Origin: Fimbriosthenelais zetlandica
Lineage: Eukaryota
NCBI GenBank assembly: GCA_977030845.1
Contig: OZ365116.1
Coordinates: 19,220,001 to 19,284,000, forward strand
Reading direction: 5' to 3'
Length of the DNA: 64,000 nt
Shown here: positions 13,684-28,393 of the stretch, in pieces
Layout of the letters: each line of letters starts with the position of its first letter
How positions within the stretch are numbered: position 1 is the first letter of the stretch
The notes under the pieces: model-generated
What the model saw: the letters and a program-made list of their open reading frames with translations, nothing else
Told to the model about the DNA's origin: nothing
The model's database searches: none
Position numbers and translations under genes: made by a program

Positions 13684-16600
13684 TGGTGGTATGCTTCGTT
13701 CCGCCTTTGGAGCGACAGTAGCTGTGGAAAAAAGAGGGGAGAGAGGGAGAGCAGACAGCATGCTATAGGGCCTGAGGCCAGGCGCGAGTCTGACTGCACC
13801 CCTCACTTCTTACCACCCCACATTACCCCCCCCCCCCACCCCCTCCCGCCTGTCAGCCTCGCGCCATCACTGGATCACTCTTACCTGTGGGGCTCTAGAC
13901 GGATGAACTTAGAAAGTGGGATTTCTAAAAAAGAAATAATATTTCTTAAATAGTTTAATTCCCGCTGGAAATATGAACCAGATATTTAAATGACGAGGAA
14001 ATTAAGTCCCAAGTTGTTCCATTTAAGGCATAGTTGACAGTAAAATAATGAAGATTTTAACACACATTAAACTGTCGCACGCTAAACATGCCAGATATTC
14101 GATCCATTCATTGAATCTTGTTTAAATGAATGCTCTACTATAATATACTATTCATTAATCCATCCAGCCTCATCATAGAGCCTCTCCCCCTCTGTGGTTA
14201 ACCCATATCCCACCATTGTTACCTGGCTACCTATAATTACCATGGAAGGCATTGATCATCCCTCTACCCTGACTTTACCTCATCATAAGTTTTTCTTTAC
14301 CTCAACAGGAATCTCGGGTCTGTGTTAAAGTTCAGACTGGGAGAATCCCAATTACCAAGTAGAGAGTGAGGAGCTTTGATTTATCGCCTCCAGCGACACC
14401 AATACAAATCATCTCAGACCTTTTTAGTCTGCCTGCTGGGCGATTGATTTGCTAGATTTCCAGTGCGACATATTGGAATTTGTTCAGTGAAACTGGCCAT
14501 ACTTCATCTATTTTAAACGAGACTGTGGCGACATGGTGAGATAGTACTGTGTTAAGAATTGATCTATAATATGTACTTTACACCTGGTTATTTAGTTAAA
14601 CTCTAAATAATTTATAATTCAGCCACATTCCAGAACAAGAAGTTTTTAGCCAAATTCTTTAAACATTTTGTCTGCCTTTTGATAGTCTATGGAAATCAGT
14701 TTCATGAAGGATATTCTAGGTGATTTAAACATACAAAGCGTGTTGGTTTTTTCCATGCACATTTTTGTACTGGAGTCAGTTGATTCTATTCAAATGATAT
14801 ATATTATTCAATATATTGCTACCATTTAATTTTTGCACGTGCTTTGGACAACACAGTATAGTTCTATGGTGATATTCAAGAAAATTTCTATTCACAAAAT
14901 TAAGCCACCCATTAAAGTGATGGATTATTGTTAATTACAAATATTCCCGTTCGTGTCGCCACGGTAGGTCTCCGCGTAACAAACTGGCGACACACGGCGA
15001 GCACAAGCCACACGCCCTCTGTGGGGCAAATCGTGACTCACATACTAATGGTGAACGCCATCATGCAGAACATCAACCTCCCGTGTCTAAAAGGCTCACC
15101 CAAATATCTTTCTGCCTTTTCTTCACTACCTTGCGTGTCTAGAAGTTTTTCCTCACAAAATCAAGTTTATTGCTACCAAAAACTAGGTGGCGCATGCAGC
15201 TTTATTCATATCTTGTTTATCAACTTCTTCCCTCGCATAAAAAAAAATCAAAGAAATTTGTGATGTGTTTGAAATGTTTGATATATTTGTCATGGATTTA
15301 TTATGATGTCTGAGCTATATAATGGTGTTTTGGCCCTCCGTTGATCCTCTCTCATTTAAGGGATGCTGTCTTATTTGACACTTCCCTGGAGGACACAGGA
15401 AGGTTGTGAACTTTCGTAAGACATTCTTTTATATATATTATATGACAGTTATTTCCTATTCATATTCATTTTAAATCTACATCGATCAGAAGATCACTCT
15501 GATGTGAAATTGTAATATTTGTCAAACGAAAGAGACTTTTATTCATTTATCTATAGCTTTGTAATATGTGAGGAAACATGGGATATGAAATGTGTCATTC
15601 TGCTCTGGCAGGCACCATTCTTATCCTGCTCAGGTTGATTGAGAGGAAAATTAGTTTCGAAAAGTGTATCAGTGAAAGAATAGCATTATTGCCAACCAGC
15701 ATCATAAAGCATACTTTATGTTGGGGTGCAGTTCATTTTACCAGTCACATTTCTGTTGTGGCCAGCACATGAACCGTTACCATCTACGTATCTCCAAGGC
15801 CAATTTTACCTTCATTCTTTTTGTGAGAATGCACACCACCTTGCTAAATTACTATCCTGACTATACCAATCAAAAGATCATGAAAAAAGTGGAAAATTGA
15901 AGAAATGGGACAGGACGTCCATGGGAGGACTACATGTGGCTGTAAATGGTACTTATTTAGAGAATTACTCGATCATCTACAATGTCACGCTGTGAATAAT
16001 GAATTATATGTAAAACTACAATTTTCTCAGCTAAGACCATCCACAATCGGCGCTTGCCAGCAATACTGAACTTTGTCAGACAATGCTTTCTTCAGTGTGG
16101 TCCTTCAACTATTTTGTGAATGACTACCAACTACCTTGTCCTGCTTTTGATCGCCCATTGTTTATTGCTTTATCACTAAACCTGTAATTTCTGTCATTGT
16201 GTTCAGCATCCCATCTTTCTTTACTTACACGTATCCCCTCCTTCTTGTTTTGCTTAAAGGAGTGCTTTTGAAAAGCCAGAAAAAATACACAAGATTAATT
16301 CTTACAAATCCATCGATCCTTTAGACATGGCGGCGTATAGATATGATGCTAGTGTCGCTCTAGGCAATAATGTGTCATATTTAAGTTTATTTCAATCCAG
16401 CTATTCTACCAGACACTCTGTATTCATGGGTTATGTTACATTGTTACATATCATATAGAATATCCACCCAAAGGCTGTATGCTTGGCCTGGGGGCAAGTG
16501 CAGTGTGAGATGGGCTCCATTACCGCCATTCTTGCCCAAATTTAACCCATCAATTAAAGTCATAGACTTAAATTCATGCCTAGATTTATGACCTCGGTCC

Positions 16601-19249
16601 TTACTCAGGCATTATATTGAATTTAAGGGACATCATTATGACATGCCACTGCGGAGCCCGAAACACATTAGGACGTTTATTCGGCAACCCCCCTCCCTGT
16701 GGCAGGTATTTATTCTATCAGTTGTATAGTGAAGACGACCAAGTCATCCCTTACAACAAGGGTAGAAATCATGGTCCACGGTCAACTACTAAATGAATGT
16801 CCTCGGGAGGGGGACAGGTCTCTGAGCCAGATTTATGGTTTATAAGTCTTCATGTGTAAAGGGAAAACTATCCTGGGTCACTGATATTAAAAAGGCGCCA
16901 CGGTCTCGGGTTTCAAAGATATGGAGAAGAGGCATGACCCAACATTTATCAAGGGTTGCGTTTGAAGGCTGCAAACCGAACTTGTCAGGCTTGAGCCACT
17001 TGTGTACACACGGACTTCCTATTGGTGGCCAGTTGATGACATGCTTTTCAGGCTAAAATGTCATAAAATATAAAATGAAATGAGTATTTACTTACAGGTG
17101 CATGCTTATATGGCTATCATTATTCACTACCTCACTTCTCATATCTCATAAAGTTAAGAGATTAAAAGACGCAAGTTTCCTTTAGCAACCATAACCGAAG
17201 TTAATTTGAAAGCTTGCCTTGTACATACGTAAAAGTTGATGTATAACCACCCATTCTTACTTTCAAACAATCATCCCATTTTTTACCTATATTTGTGGGA
17301 CCAGAGACCTGAACATCACGTTTGGGATCGTATTACGTTGATGTATTTTAGGTGATCCAATATACGATTTTTATTGAACACAAGATAAATTTTTATCTAT
17401 CACATAGCTCCTGCACCTTAATTCTGCCTGCTGGTTTTCGAATTTCATAAAAGGAAAGAAGGTAATCGTTTTCATGATATATGAGAAAGTCCTTTGTAAG
17501 GACCACTTGTGCCTTGGACAGTGGCAAGAAAATGGTGCTGTCTCTTTTCTTATAACCCAAAGATTCATGAAGTCACATTTCAAAGAGCAACAGTTTGCCT
17601 CGCACCGGGCAGCAATTTGGCAGACCCAGCGTGAATATGTAAACTCTGACAATGACTGCCGAGCGAACAGAAAACAGTGGATTTTAAAGAACCTGGGAGT
17701 CGATGTTTTATGTCGTACATTCTGAGGTATATGGGTGTTGACATATGTTACAAGGGTACAAATGACTTGTGTCACTTCAAAGGCCCTTCACTACTGCATG
17801 CCCTGCATGTGTGTACCCATATATATTCATTAGAATATCAAATGGAATCAAATACCCCCATGTTCCGATTAATATTATGCATTATCCTAACCAGAAATTT
17901 GTTTTCAAAGCCCTTTATTTTTTCTGAAGCTGAATTGCCATGTATTTCTTAGATTGGTGTATCAGACCAGATGAACAACCCCACCCCTCCCCAAACATAC
18001 AAACAGATAAACTTTGTGTTAATCACATGAAGTGATCACTATAATTTTCGTCTTTAACATCCCAGGTGGCATATATGCAGAACTTATAAGAGAACGCTTC
18101 ATGCACTTGAGGCATTTTCTCACTTGATATAAAATATATCCAAGATATTGAATGTGCATCTTGGGTATAAAGGGTGCATATAGGCTTCTATATAAGACTG
18201 GGGTCACGACATGGTATAATGACATGCCATTCCATGCTGTCAACAGGTGACACGAACCCACAACAGGTGCATTACCGGCCTAGGTCCAGGTGAGGGAAGT
18301 TTAGAGGCACCTGAACCTGAGGTGTCGATGGGCGACAAGGAAAAGTTTTTATCCATCGTCCAAGTATGAATATGCAGTGTACGGTACCCGTGTATAAGTC
18401 CCATACCGTAATAGGTCTTGTGGTTTATATGGCCAAGCTCAATTATATTTTTTGTGTGATTTATGATATGACCACACATGATATACAGATATAGGATATC
18501 AGTGAAGGACAATGATAACATGTTTATAATGTTCAGGTCCTTGTGTGTTTTGAGGAGGAAGGGCTATTATAGTGTGTGTTGAACCCCAAACTTCCTGGTG
18601 CTTGCTTTTACTCGAGGAAGAATTTTTGCCCAACCTTAAAAAAATGACCTTCAAGCGGATAATGATTGGACAATTTGGAATGATTAAATGTTGAATATGA
18701 CCGCAATGAGCATATTTAATTGGCTATTTCTGGGTAATTTGTATTTTCTTTCTCAGTTGATATCCCATGGGAGGATATGTGATATACTCATGTGGTTTTC
18801 GTGGAGTTTTAAACGTCCGCAAAAAACATGCATGACTTCCGAGAGCATTTCATATGAAAGTATTTTGGATATAGATCGAATGGCAAATGTCTTCATATGA
18901 ATTGTCAAAAATCTGACGTTTTTATGCTCAAGCAGGACCACTTTTTCTATTTTGCATCTTGAAAGATTCAGTTTACGATCTTGTAACACAAAAGAAAGTT
19001 TCTCGTTTTGGATATCAATTTACATTGACTTTACCTGCCTTGGATCCCATTTAAACGTCTTAGCTTTGAAGAAAGGATGGATTCTTCAAAGGATCATAAG
19101 TGGCTTTAAGCTGACTTATGTCTGTGATAGATTGGCAGGGGTGTACATGGGTTGTTCAGGAGAAGCAAATCCCAAAATAACTAGCACATCTATCATCTTT
19201 ACCATTGCTCTTACATGTCCATCTTCTTATACCTACACCATGCCTTTCA

Positions 19250-19831
19250 TGTAATGACCACATGCTCTCTGGATGCTACATATAAATGTATAGCACATAG
19301 AGAAAAGGGAGGACATGGGAATAATTGGCGGACATAATTCAGGTAATTTGCCCACTGTCTAATCCCGGCTGACATGGGCTGGAGGGGGATGTCTTTGAAT
19401 GACAAGGCGACCATGTTGGAGGATGTTAAAGCTGTAAGGTGCGTGCGATCCAGATCGCCTTGGGCGCCACCTCAAGGTCAATTGTTCAGTAAACTGTCGT
19501 GCGCTTGCGCCCATGGTTTAACCAAACTTTCCAACTCCTGGGGCACCTCCACCTTTTCACTCTCCGTGCAGGAGTGGTCGATTTAGTCAGACCTTCGATA
19601 TGCCCCTGACCCAAAAATTGGGAAGTTGTTGGAGTTGTCCGTGAGGATTGGGCTTTGATCGTCAGGGTGGGGATTGGTCGGTGACGGGCTTTGCGTGTTC
19701 CTGACCTTCCATGACGTGTCATCTGTAAGAGGCGTGCGCACCGACAGAAGTAGAAAATCTTCTGTGCTTCCCAGGACTTTAACCTCTGATGACCTGGACG
19801 ATTGTTCACTTTCTCTTTGTTGTATCCTCAC
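19250..19831 (-). pseudogene. Decayed ORF remnant (transposon or pseudogene fragment), product unknown
   Basis: One GC-richer reading frame continues from track ORF 19583..19831 through three in-frame stops (…RRSD*IDHSCTESEKVEVPQELESLVKPWAQAHDSLLNN*P*GGAQGDLDRTHLTALTSSNMVALSFKDIPLQPMSAGIRQWANYLNYVRQLF…). No family motif recognised. Confidence 0.3.
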
Positions 19832-22800
19832 TCGTTGATAAATGATTGCTCATTGGAAGGCTTTGAATTGCGCCGATTTCTGTAAGAGCACAAAAGCAGA
19901 ATGCCTCGACTGACAGTGATTAGCATACACCAGGTTTGCCAGCTCATGTTACACAAGCTTCATACATACAATGTGTTTTTTATTATTAGTAAGTGTGGCT
20001 TCTAACATTGATCATTGAATCCATGTACAGTTGCGGATTAAACGAATCTGCCAGGGTGGATGCTTGTATATAGGATAACAGTAATTTCGAAACGTTTCTG
20101 TTTTCTTTTAATTCTGTTATCTCTCTCCCTCAGATATACAATTTAACACAGGGAGATATATGCCTATATTTTTAGCCTTGTAAAATAAGTATACATACAT
20201 AGGCATTTTTTCCTGGCGCCATTCTTTGTCCTTCACTTCTAGATCTGCCACCTGGCTATTTTCAGCAGGTGCAGTGTTGGCCATGATGTCACTGATATAT
20301 TTACTTTATTTTGGTCCTTTCTGCCTTGGATGCATTTTGTTCAGTAGGCAAAGTACAAGTAGATTTTGAGGCAGATGTTATATAGGCCTAGGCCTAGTTG
20401 TTATGTAGAGTTGCCTCGATATATAGGCCTATAGCACTTGTAACATAATTGAATATCTTCCTGAATATTTGTGTCTCATCCCCATCCCCAATTAACATAG
20501 CAACACTAATGCATATTATATGCCTTGTCCGATTCATTATTTGTTTGGTGATTTATATAACCAATCTATATGAGTTGGCATGCTATGATATAAATCATAT
20601 ATTATGTGCCGCCCACCTTTTATCAATATTATCTTGGGTAATTGAAGCATGCAATTATAGTCCCGAGGCCGAAAATCAACCAGGCAAACCAGCGCTTTAG
20701 TCGTGAAGTGAAGGACAATGTCCTCAGTAAGATTACTGGATTAATACGCCAATATATTTGTACCAATATAATATTATATATTATTATTTATTAAGTGGAT
20801 AGGCCTATAGATGTACATTGTTGCGTTTTAAGCCATTTCCCCTCCTCTCTACTCTGACTAGCTCTGTTATAGAGCTCATGTCAGTTTGGGATCTAACCCT
20901 GGCGTACTGGGTATAGCAGTAATTACCATGGTGGGGTTGGTTATCCCTGCACGAAAGAAAGTCAAAGTGTCTGATTACAGATATGAAGGTAATCATACCT
21001 TTGGCGCACGACCCAGAAAATGAGGGAGAAACCTGTCATTTTACCATTCATGTCATTGAGATGAGCTGAAAACAAGCAGCCCATTGTGGGATTATTATTT
21101 TGCATATTATCCCGACTGTATGGGAGGGCCAGCATGGACCTATTTTGATTGCCATATACTTGTATCGTCTTATCTCTTGGGAAATTAGCATTTGTGAATA
21201 TTCATAAGGCAAGAAGCTTCAAAGATGGCTGGTCGGTAAGGGCTCCCAGCTATGGCATGTATGTTGGCCATTTTAGGTTTAACTTTCTCTCTCATTACAT
21301 CTATCTTGAATCGCTGACACCTTAACTTGATATCAATCGGAAAAATTCTGCGATAAGGTGCAGCGACATGCATATTACTGAAGCAAAAAAAGCTGTGAGA
21401 AACAAGCTAGTCCTTGTCTATTGTTTCTTGAAACAGAATATTGCTTTGATGCAATTGTTATACTTAGGACAGACTTTTGCTCTTCCTCATAAACATTATG
21501 TTTCTTTCCCCAGATCCGTAAATATTTATGGAAATAGGGAGGACATTATAAAGGACATTATTATGGACGGAATTATAGTAAAAATAATACAGTGAATGAA
21601 TGAATTAATTGTGTATTCGTTTTTTGAATTTTAAACTAATTTTTCCATTCTACTATTGCCTGAGGTATGGTAACATGCGCTCTATAGTAGCCATCTCCCC
21701 ATGGTAGATGATGGTACATGCCGACACAGGCCAGTGAGCATCTATATATGTTTGGGGGGAGCGTGTGGCAGGTGGGATTTTGGCGCGTTTTGGCGGCCTC
21801 CCATCTATCATTTGTCAAAATGTCGTCTGCCAAGATCAGCAGTGCGCGTGGCGTCTCTGCTTAGGGCACGCTTGCGTCACAAGTTAGACTTCCACCTGTC
21901 TCACAAACTTTCTTTTTTTGTTAAAAAGTAGTATCAAAATACTCGCCCCTTAGGCAAAGATGATATCATTTCATACTATTAACCTCCAATAGTACAGCAC
22001 CTAAAATATTTTAAAATATCTTTATATATGCCAACATTTTGCCATGTCAAATCTTGCCCAAAAAGCAAGAATATATTCCCTCCTGGACTTATATTTTTAG
22101 TTTATCAAAGGGGCACATAGCAAGTTTTGTCTCTATGTTGTTACATCGAAAGGAAAGAAGAAGGATGCTAGTGAATTGTGCCAATTCTGAGGGGAAAAAA
22201 TATTGCTCCCTGAACAGGACACAGATGACATGATTGCGAGGCTGGTGCTAGCCATATAAAAAATAATTAATATTGCCTTTGCAGGTGTGGAGGTTCATAT
22301 TATCCACCTATTAACCCAACAAATTATGATGGGATTCATTAATAGTCCAGTGCCAGGAGGCCTCGATCAATTATAACTCATCCCCTTATGCTTTTGTTTT
22401 GCTCTATAAACCTATGCGTTGCTGTCTTGATTCCACTTGCATATGCCCTCCACATTTTATATATATGCAAATCGGGAGTCATTGAAAAATCTCTGTCGCC
22501 AGCATGCATGTTTATTTAAACTCCACGAGCATTTTTATCCCCCTTGTATATGTGAGCAGACATTTTGATTAGTAAATGGGACTAATTAAGTAATTTCCCT
22601 CTGTAAAAAGAACAAGGAGCTTGTGAGCAGGACACTAAAGTTTATAAAGGGGATACTAAAGCATACGTACGGCAATGACAAGGCTAGTGGACCACTTCTG
22701 GCGATCGTCATGTAAATTGTTTATAAAATATTAATTGCACGTCCTTTCAATTACAGGACTGTTCCTAAATCTATATTATTCTTAAATAATCGTGTGTACA

Positions 22801-23564
22801 CATGTTCAAAAGTTTCATTCAAAACTTATTACTTAACTCCAAAGGCATGTTCTATTAGTGCACTACTGAAGTTCATTAATCATGTGTATTATACCATGAT
22901 ATATGTAGCATATTATGTCTATATAATTCAGCTATTAACTGCTGTATGGAGTTATCATATAGCCATATAGTCCTATTATTAGACTGGAGGTTGAATATGG
23001 ACCCTATTTGTTGTGTAAAGAGACAGCTAAATTCTCTGCTGCATATATTTCCTTCTGACAATTCATCTCCGATGTATTGTCTTATTTGGGCGTTTCACAC
23101 AGTACCCTATTGTCCTTTCGCAGGTTTATTAACAAACCCCCACGTATTTATGGGCTAAATACGATCAAATGCACATCGCTAATAGCTTAATTCCTGAAAT
23201 AATTACAAAGAGAGCATCCGAGCTGTGCATAACCCCCTTCGGCATGCATGAAGTTGCGTGAGTGGGGAGAAATCTATTGCAGCGAAAATTAAAAGATCTA
23301 TTTATATGTCTAGCCCCAGGAAAAGATTCATGTTCAGGCAATGGATGGCCACGAGAAAGTGGGAGTTATGTGAGAGGAGAATTGCTGTTCTTAGCCTATA
23401 AGTAGGGCCTAATGCACTTTGTTGTAATGCACGCTCTCAGATTTAATTCACTTGCACTGCATTTCTCCGGAGCAAAGCCCTCGGAGCTATCCTAGGAAAT
23501 TAAAGTCATTGACAGCTTGCATATTTCAATGCAGGAGACCAATGTTGTTGTTACCTGTGTGTCC

Positions 23565-23637
23565 GGGGAGCTAGCTCAGATGGTAGAGCGCTCGCTTAGC
23601 ATGCGAGAGGTACCGGGATCGATGCCCGGGTTCTCCA
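23565..23637 (+). tRNA. tRNA-Ala-AGC: tRNA-Ala (anticodon AGC)
   Basis: 73 nt GGGGAGCTAGCTCAGATGGTAGAGCGCTCGCTTAGCATGCGAGAGGTACCGGGATCGATGCCCGGGTTCTCCA. Full cloverleaf, G3:U70 alanine identity pair, A box, and T-loop GATCGATG typical of eukaryotic tRNA-Ala. No intron, no encoded CCA. Confidence 0.97.
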
Positions 23638-23642
23638 CACAC

Positions 23643-23647
23643 TTTTT
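23643..23647 (+). terminator. RNA polymerase III T-run terminator of the tRNA-Ala gene
   Basis: TTTTT starting 6 nt after the discriminator base. Confidence 0.8.
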
Positions 23648-26600
23648 CCGATGCAGTGTATCCAGCCAAATTATCCACACATACGAACGTTTCTCCGTTC
23701 CAGTGTATGAAATACCTTTATGTGTTATAAATTTTATTCTATCGTACCATACCAGGATAATTTATGAATGATATTTCTGCAAATTTCATTTGATTCATGC
23801 CCTCTTGTGTAGGCCTAAAGTTAAACCATTTCCAGCGGTCCATGTGACCCATGTTATCCTATCTCCCACAATCTTAATCGTCCTCTCCTACCCTTCCTTT
23901 CAATCATAATATTTATGGGTTTACCCATATAGACAAGTCTAAAGAGAGGATAATATAGAGGGTAAAGAATTGCCCACATGCACATCATGGGGTTTGGAGG
24001 TGTGGGAGAATGCAGGTGGAGCCCTCAGGGCAAAGCGGCCACTGGATCCAGTCCAGGCAAATTGATGCCCATGTCTGTCACCCTCACCCCCTTTGATGAT
24101 ACCCTGTCTTCTTGGATCAATGTCCTCTGTATTTTTTGTATGGCACCAAATAGAAGAGCCATGGCACTGAATGGGTGTACAAAACCTATAGAGGATAGTT
24201 ATTAGGATCACCAATGGTATACCCCCCGTACATAGACGATCTCACATCTTACATTAAGAGTGCAGGGTCATGGGTTTGTTGGATCCGGTGACCGTGAGAG
24301 TCTTGCAGTGTAAAGGCTGGGTATTAGCTAAAGGTGATCCAAAGTTACCTGTACTTGATGGAGACTATGATGTGAGTTCAGGACCTCAATATACGTGACG
24401 CATTGACAAGTTCAAGGTGTAGGAACCCTGTTGACCTTTGAAGGTCAGTTTGGTCATATGTGGGGGGCATTTAGTATGGGAACAAAAGGGCCTTGGATCT
24501 TTTCCCATGGCAGGTTGGTATTATCTTTGACTGTGAACGTAAAGTGGTATAAACCTGTAGACATTGTCAAACTCCAGGCCAGCCTGATACCTGACATCCA
24601 AACCCCCTGTTTACCAGCAGAACACCGAGGTCATCGTCAAAGATCTAGGGTGTTAGCCCGACCATACGGGCTTTGTGCATTATTCTCATCGAAACTTATT
24701 CAAAAGTTCATTTATTCACAAAAATCTTCTGTTCTCCCAAATGCCGAGAAACCTGGTGCTCATAATGACCTCTAAATGGCGCAGGGTCACTTAAAAGCCT
24801 TCCGGGAACACACGTGCATTCTGATTGGTCGCTACCTCCTGCTGTGTAAGGCCTCCTGGGATTGGTTGGTGGGACTCAGGTGTGAGGTTTTTTAAGTTTA
24901 ATGTGTGCACGTTTAGGACTCGGGACATGAAGGTCTCTTTGTGCTTGAAGTAAAATTTATGTCATCGGCGCGAGATTCCTTCCATAGATCACACCTGCTG
25001 CGGCCACAGCCACAGACCGCCTAGCGTTTAATGAGCAAGCTAGGTAAATTGAAACTTCTCTAATCACTTAGTGCGAACAGGCCTTTTACTGTCCTGGGAA
25101 TCCAGGATCCTTGAGAATTTTGAAAAGAAAGGTCCTGTTAATATTTTAAAGTGTGTTTTCATGTACATGAAACATTATGTGATCAAAGCATTAATGTGAT
25201 AGAATCAATGAAAATAACACAATATTAAGTTTTCTATATTATTCTGCGCCAATTGCCCCAGGCAGCCAATTATAGTTGATTATCGGTTCCCGACTTTGAA
25301 TATTCATGGCGATTTGCAGGAAACCACACAAAACCATTAAAAGGCCATTATTACCCACACTGACCCACCTAACGATGGGAAAAAAGTGCTGCAATGAAAT
25401 AAATGATCAACTATTTGCATAGAAATGTGTATAAGATGCTAATTTGTCCGTGGGGGGTCAGTTTTGTTTACATGAAGCATTAAAGATGGCAAAAGGATTT
25501 CTCTTCCAATCAAATCAGGTGACAATATCAGCTGGGTGCTGAGAGGCTCAAAGCTTCATTGATTTGATGGGGGGTGGTTGCCGGTATAAACCACTCTCAA
25601 TGCCAATTACCAATTTTGATCTATGCAGCATTATGCTTGATTTGTTTGCCTAGGCCAATCTTGCAGCCAAAACAAGCTATTTTGATAAAGAACGATCTAT
25701 TCTATCAGTGCAAATAGAAGCACCCGCTTGTCTTTTCTGTCAGACCAAACCTAAAAACAAACATAAAACCTGACGTTTTGCTGATTTCGTCCAGAGGTTA
25801 GGTTTCTCAAAGTTTTGAATCGTGATTCTTTGAGGATGAGAACCATTAACTGGTGTTAACATAAACCCTGGATAATGTGAGAGTGGTGAGAGCTGGACGT
25901 CTACCACCGAGTGTCCAGTCACGTATACGGCCAGAGACTGACCCCAAGGTGACCAGTGGTCAGCAAACAATTTACACATAGCCACACATTCCTGACGGAC
26001 CACTATTGTTAAGGACAAGTGGTGGGCTGGCTTTATCTTATCGCTGTCCTTGATCTCTCATTTGCCTATTTTTCGTTATTTGGACGAGATGGCAACAATG
26101 TCGATTGTCCTATGCATCGACCAAATGCTCTCGTCTGGTTAAAAAATATCATAATGAAAGGATCATCTCGAAACTAGATATATCAACTTTCTCAAGCATG
26201 GAAAATGCAATCAAACCATAATTATGCACATGAGTTTGAATAGTCATTCCTTCTGGAATCAATAATTATATCTACTTTATAGATATGTGGATATCAAGTC
26301 TTGGACTGCGTTTGAAAGTCTGTAAGAGGCAATAAAAACCCAGATATTTTTAGCTCTCCACCCTAATACAATCTGAGCCTGGGGACATTCCCTTGAGGAG
26401 ATTCATGTGCCTTAGGGCATGCTTGAAGGGCCCAGCCGCTGCTGCCCGTAGTGCAATAGATGCACGATGCTCCCAAAATGGTGTGGATAACAGAGAGACA
26501 GACTGTAAACAATGGCGAGCCACACGCCTCAAGGGGTAGAGATCAAGTTAATCCCAGGATAAAGTCCTTATGAAGATATATATTGGTCCCTGGATATCAT

Positions 26601-28166
26601 GGTAATGTGAGAAGGCGTAAGGGTTTGGCTCTTGAAGTCTTTCTCATCTGAGAAAGTGAAATTCTTTGATCTTTTTACAAAGCTGAGAGGCATTGGATCA
26701 CTTAATATCTAATACCATTGTCGTTCTGCAGCGAAAATAATGAGTAACCTCTCACAGTTGGATTGGTTGAAAACGACTTAAAAACTGTACAGAATAACAT
26801 AGAATGAAATAACCTACTCTGTTCCAACCAGCATAAACATGTAGTTATATCTCGACAAGAGTAAATTGTCACTGCATGTGAATGCATAATGCACGAGTCT
26901 TATGGAGAGAATTGGAAAAAAAATATCTCCAAATTTTAAGAAAATAATGTGTTATACTCATGCAATGGGACCGAGTGAGTAGAACTTATGAGACAAATTA
27001 TGTTTTTATGAATGATGGCACTAAAGCTTGACTGACGTCATTAAGCTTGACTTGACGCCTGGTATGTGCATGCTCCTGCTTACACAACCAATCACAGAAC
27101 GAGGAAATAACGAGCTCGGGACTGTCGTGTGTCTGTCACGAGTTCCACGAGACTTCTATTATTCAATCCCTTATTATATATTCACAATATTCATAAAAAT
27201 CCCACTGTATTATAATCACTCTTGAGATGGCACCAAGTTCCTTTTGTATGTTTGACCCCGACTGGGTATCAGACCCAATGAGTATAGAATTATAGGGCCT
27301 ATATATTCGTTGGAGCTAGTTACTTCCAGCTTCTCAAAGCTGAAAAAGTATTTGTGCTGTACAAGGCTACTTGGTGCGTTTTACCCTAGGGCATTTGGGA
27401 ATATGATAAAGAAATCATCAGCTTTGCATTGACACATAATTTTGTCGGCGACACCCAAAATGTGTTCATCTTTGTTCAGTGGCACATCGAAAACAAGACT
27501 CCCGCATTGCTTCTCTATCCATATTGAGACTGTCAAATATAACTTTGACAGACCCTCCCGCTCAATGAATAAGGATCTCTCTGCCATTACAAAAAGGATT
27601 TTTTCTTCATGCAATCTGAAGCACTAGCTGTGCATATAAATCATTTCAGATGTGACAAAAATCAACATGAAGATTTGCAGATTCTTCCTTGTGCCTAATT
27701 TCAAACCATATGCGTTCAATTTTCCTATTACAACCTTCTTTCCTGCTTTAGGCCTCCATTAGGCTATCTTAGTCGTATGATAGGCTATTATCCATTTTTA
27801 ACCAGTTTTATTTCATGATAACATATTTTTTTCCATATTTTATCTGAATATTTCCTACCTATTAACTACCTATGAATAGACAATGATGACACGTACAAAC
27901 AATGCCAGTCAAACATGGTCCATCATGCCAGATAGCACAGAGATTCAAGGTTTTAACCCCTCCATCTATATGACCCTTAAAATAAGCTTATGTTAGTTCA
28001 CCAAGGCCGCCCAGGGTCAGAGATCGTGTCAGGCGCCTGAATCCCTGCCCCTATTCTCCCTCATGCTCGCACCTATGATTTTTCTATGATTGTTTCATTG
28101 ATGGCACGCAAACTCCAAGCATTCCAGATGATTCAAAATATTACCATGTAGGCCCTATTCATTCTG

Positions 28167-28393
28167 TAGGCCTATGCCTAGGCCTATGAATAGCCTACAT
28201 AGATAGGGACAGAACTGGTCGCCCTGTATAGGCTACCGGTACATCTCGTTTCATAATTCGACTATACCACCTGAATAATTGTTCTGCAATAGGCCTACCG
28301 TAGGCTAGGCCTAGGCCTATAGGCCCAGGCTAAACTTAGCCTAAAGTAAAAAGTTCTTCCTCAGCCCAGGTGGTAGGGCCTGGAGTAGGCCTA
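28167..28393. repeat. Cluster of palindromic TAGGCCTA octamers
   Basis: Exact copies at 28167, 28179, 28290, 28306, 28312 and 28386, plus degenerate TAGGCT/TAGCCTA variants. Confidence 0.85.

Noticed and set aside
14953-14993. GTGTCGCCA…TGGCGACAC inverted repeat; AACA-aac-TGGCGAC resembles an LTR end plus primer-binding site
   Set aside because: No second LTR, gag/pol motifs or polypurine tract identified.
1-28000. Most 60-150 aa ORFs in the supplied track, and any CRISPR, operon or rRNA features
   Set aside because: The short ORFs lack domains and splice support and are expected by chance in this much DNA. The window is eukaryotic, and no spacer-repeat arrays, rRNA or snRNA signatures were seen.
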